Shown: positions 47,359-48,571 of the stretch, piece by piece
Numbering within the stretch: the stretch's first letter is position 1
Layout: every line of letters starts with the position of its first letter
Assembly (NCBI GenBank): GCA_964372665.1
Contig: CAYJRE010000002.1
Span: 768-49,338, forward strand
From: an uncultured archaeon
Lineage (GTDB): Archaea > Iainarchaeota > Iainarchaeia > Iainarchaeales > VGJJ01
DNA length: 48,571 nt
Direction: 5' to 3'
Notes under the pieces: generated by a model
Told to the model about the DNA's origin: nothing
The model's database searches: none
The model's input: only the letters and a program-made list of their open reading frames with translations
Program-made: the position numbers and the translations under genes

Positions 47359-48571
47359 ATGACATTACAAAACGTTTTCGAAGCCGAGTACACCAAACCA
47401 ACGGTTTTCTTAGACCGAAACAAAATAATGCCCCATTACACGCCAAACGAGCTCCCCTTTCGTGAAAAACAGCTTTCCGACATCAGCCGAATCGTGGCAG
47501 TAACCTTGCGCGGGCAGAGACCCGACAACGTGTTCATTTATGGAAAACCCGGCACCGGAAAAACATCCACCGCTCGGCACGTGATGGACGAACTCGGAAC
47601 ATTCGCCCAACAGAAAACCCTGAAAATCAAACACGCCTACATCAACTGCCGTACGCACAACAAAAAATACAAGGTCTTGCTCAAATGCCTACGCGAAATT
47701 TATCCCGAACAACCGGATAAGGCCTTCCAAGGATACTCGGCCGCGTACTTGTACGAGAAACTCGTCTCCTTCGTGCGCGATTCGGAAACCCATTTGATTT
47801 TGGTGTTGGACGAGTTGGACAAAGTGCGGGATTTGGATGAATTGATTTATTCCGTCACCCGAAGCAACGATGAACTATCCACCGGAGGTATTTCCATCAT
47901 TGGTATTTCCAACAACTTGCTATTCAAAGACGCATTAGACCCTCGAACCAAATCCTCGCTCTGCCAGCAAGAGATGGTGTTTCCCCCTTACAACGCGGAA
48001 CAACTCCAAACCATCCTCCAGCAACGAGTGAAGGAAGCCTTCCAACCCAATGCCGTTGATGAAGGCGCCATCAGCCTCGCCGCGGCCATCGCGGCACAAG
48101 AAAGCGGAGACGCGCGAACCGCCATCAAGCTCTTACTTCGTGCGGGTGAACTTGCGGACGAGGATAAAGTAAAACGAATCATGGATACGCACGTGAAGCA
48201 AGCCCGCACCTCCGTGGAGCAGGAAATCATTCTGGAGCACGTGCAAGTGCTTCCCGACCACGAAAAACTAGTGTTGTATACGATTGCAGCCTTAACGTTG
48301 GTAAAAAAACCCATCCAAAAGTTGACCGGGGAAAGAATAGAAGGGGTATTGTACTCCGGAGAAGTGTATGAGGAATACGAGCGCATCGCCAAAAAATTCA
48401 AGTTCAACGATCCGGTGTCCGCACGCTGGTATAGAGAATACATCAACCAGCTGGAAATGTACGGAATGATCGTCACCACGCAAAGCGGACCCGGAGTCAA
48501 AGGCCAAACCCGATTCATCAAACTCAAGGTCGACCCGCACAAGATCAAAGAAGTGCTGGAGAAAGAGTTTG
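47359..48571 (+). CDS. cdc6: Orc1/Cdc6 replication initiator (runs off window end)
   Basis: Read directly: MTLQNVF...PHYTPNELPFRE...FIYGKPGTGKT, YINC, LVLDELD, FPPYNAEQL, GDAR, winged helix; no stop within the window. Confidence 0.95.
   Translation, partial: MTLQNVFEAEYTKPTVFLDRNKIMPHYTPNELPFREKQLSDISRIVAVTLRGQRPDNVFIYGKPGTGKTSTARHVMDELGTFAQQKTLKIKHAYINCRTHNKKYKVLLKCLREIYPEQPDKAFQGYSAAYLYEKLVSFVRDSETHLILVLDELDKVRDLDELIYSVTRSNDELSTGGISIIGISNNLLFKDALDPRTKSSLCQQEMVFPPYNAEQLQTILQQRVKEAFQPNAVDEGAISLAAAIAAQESGDARTAIKLLLRAGELADEDKVKRIMDTHVKQARTSVEQEIILEHVQVLPDHEKLVLYTIAALTLVKKPIQKLTGERIEGVLYSGEVYEEYERIAKKFKFNDPVSARWYREYINQLEMYGMIVTTQSGPGVKGQTRFIKLKVDPHKIKEVLEKEF

Overview
Gene-dense archaeal chromosomal segment. 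It carries PolD DP1/DP2, Cdc6/Orc1, archaea/eukaryote-specific r-proteins, aIF5B, aIF2-gamma, Rpo7/Spt4, KEOPS Kae1/Bud32, CarS and a class III signal-peptide pilin. The compact layout, Cys-repeat surface lipoprotein and many orphans suggest a DPANN-type organism, possibly Iainarchaeota/Micrarchaeota-like (inference only). From left to right: a surface/pilin block (0.2-7.1 kb); the L7Ae-S28e-L24e-ndk-infB-S6e-eIF2g-PIN-rpoE'-spt4-S24e-S27ae-kae1 superoperon with several insertions; ribL; a 42-aa protamine-like gene missing from the ORF track; a 22-repeat Cys-rich lipoprotein; an HTH regulator divergent from orf-grpE-dnaK-dnaJ; valS; bud32; S15/S3ae; a membrane/lipid block (DUF92, sppA, carS, archaeosortase-like, secD/F); NOG1; PolD; sepF; and cdc6, which runs off the window end. 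Notable non-coding signals are an SD-sequestering kink-turn with a competing hairpin before rpl7ae, a dispersed family of covarying REP-like hairpins, a perfect palindrome before the dnaK operon and an ORB-like element before cdc6. No rRNA, tRNA, CRISPR array, transposase or intein was recognised. Several start codons were moved from the ORF track to better-supported ATG/GTG codons.
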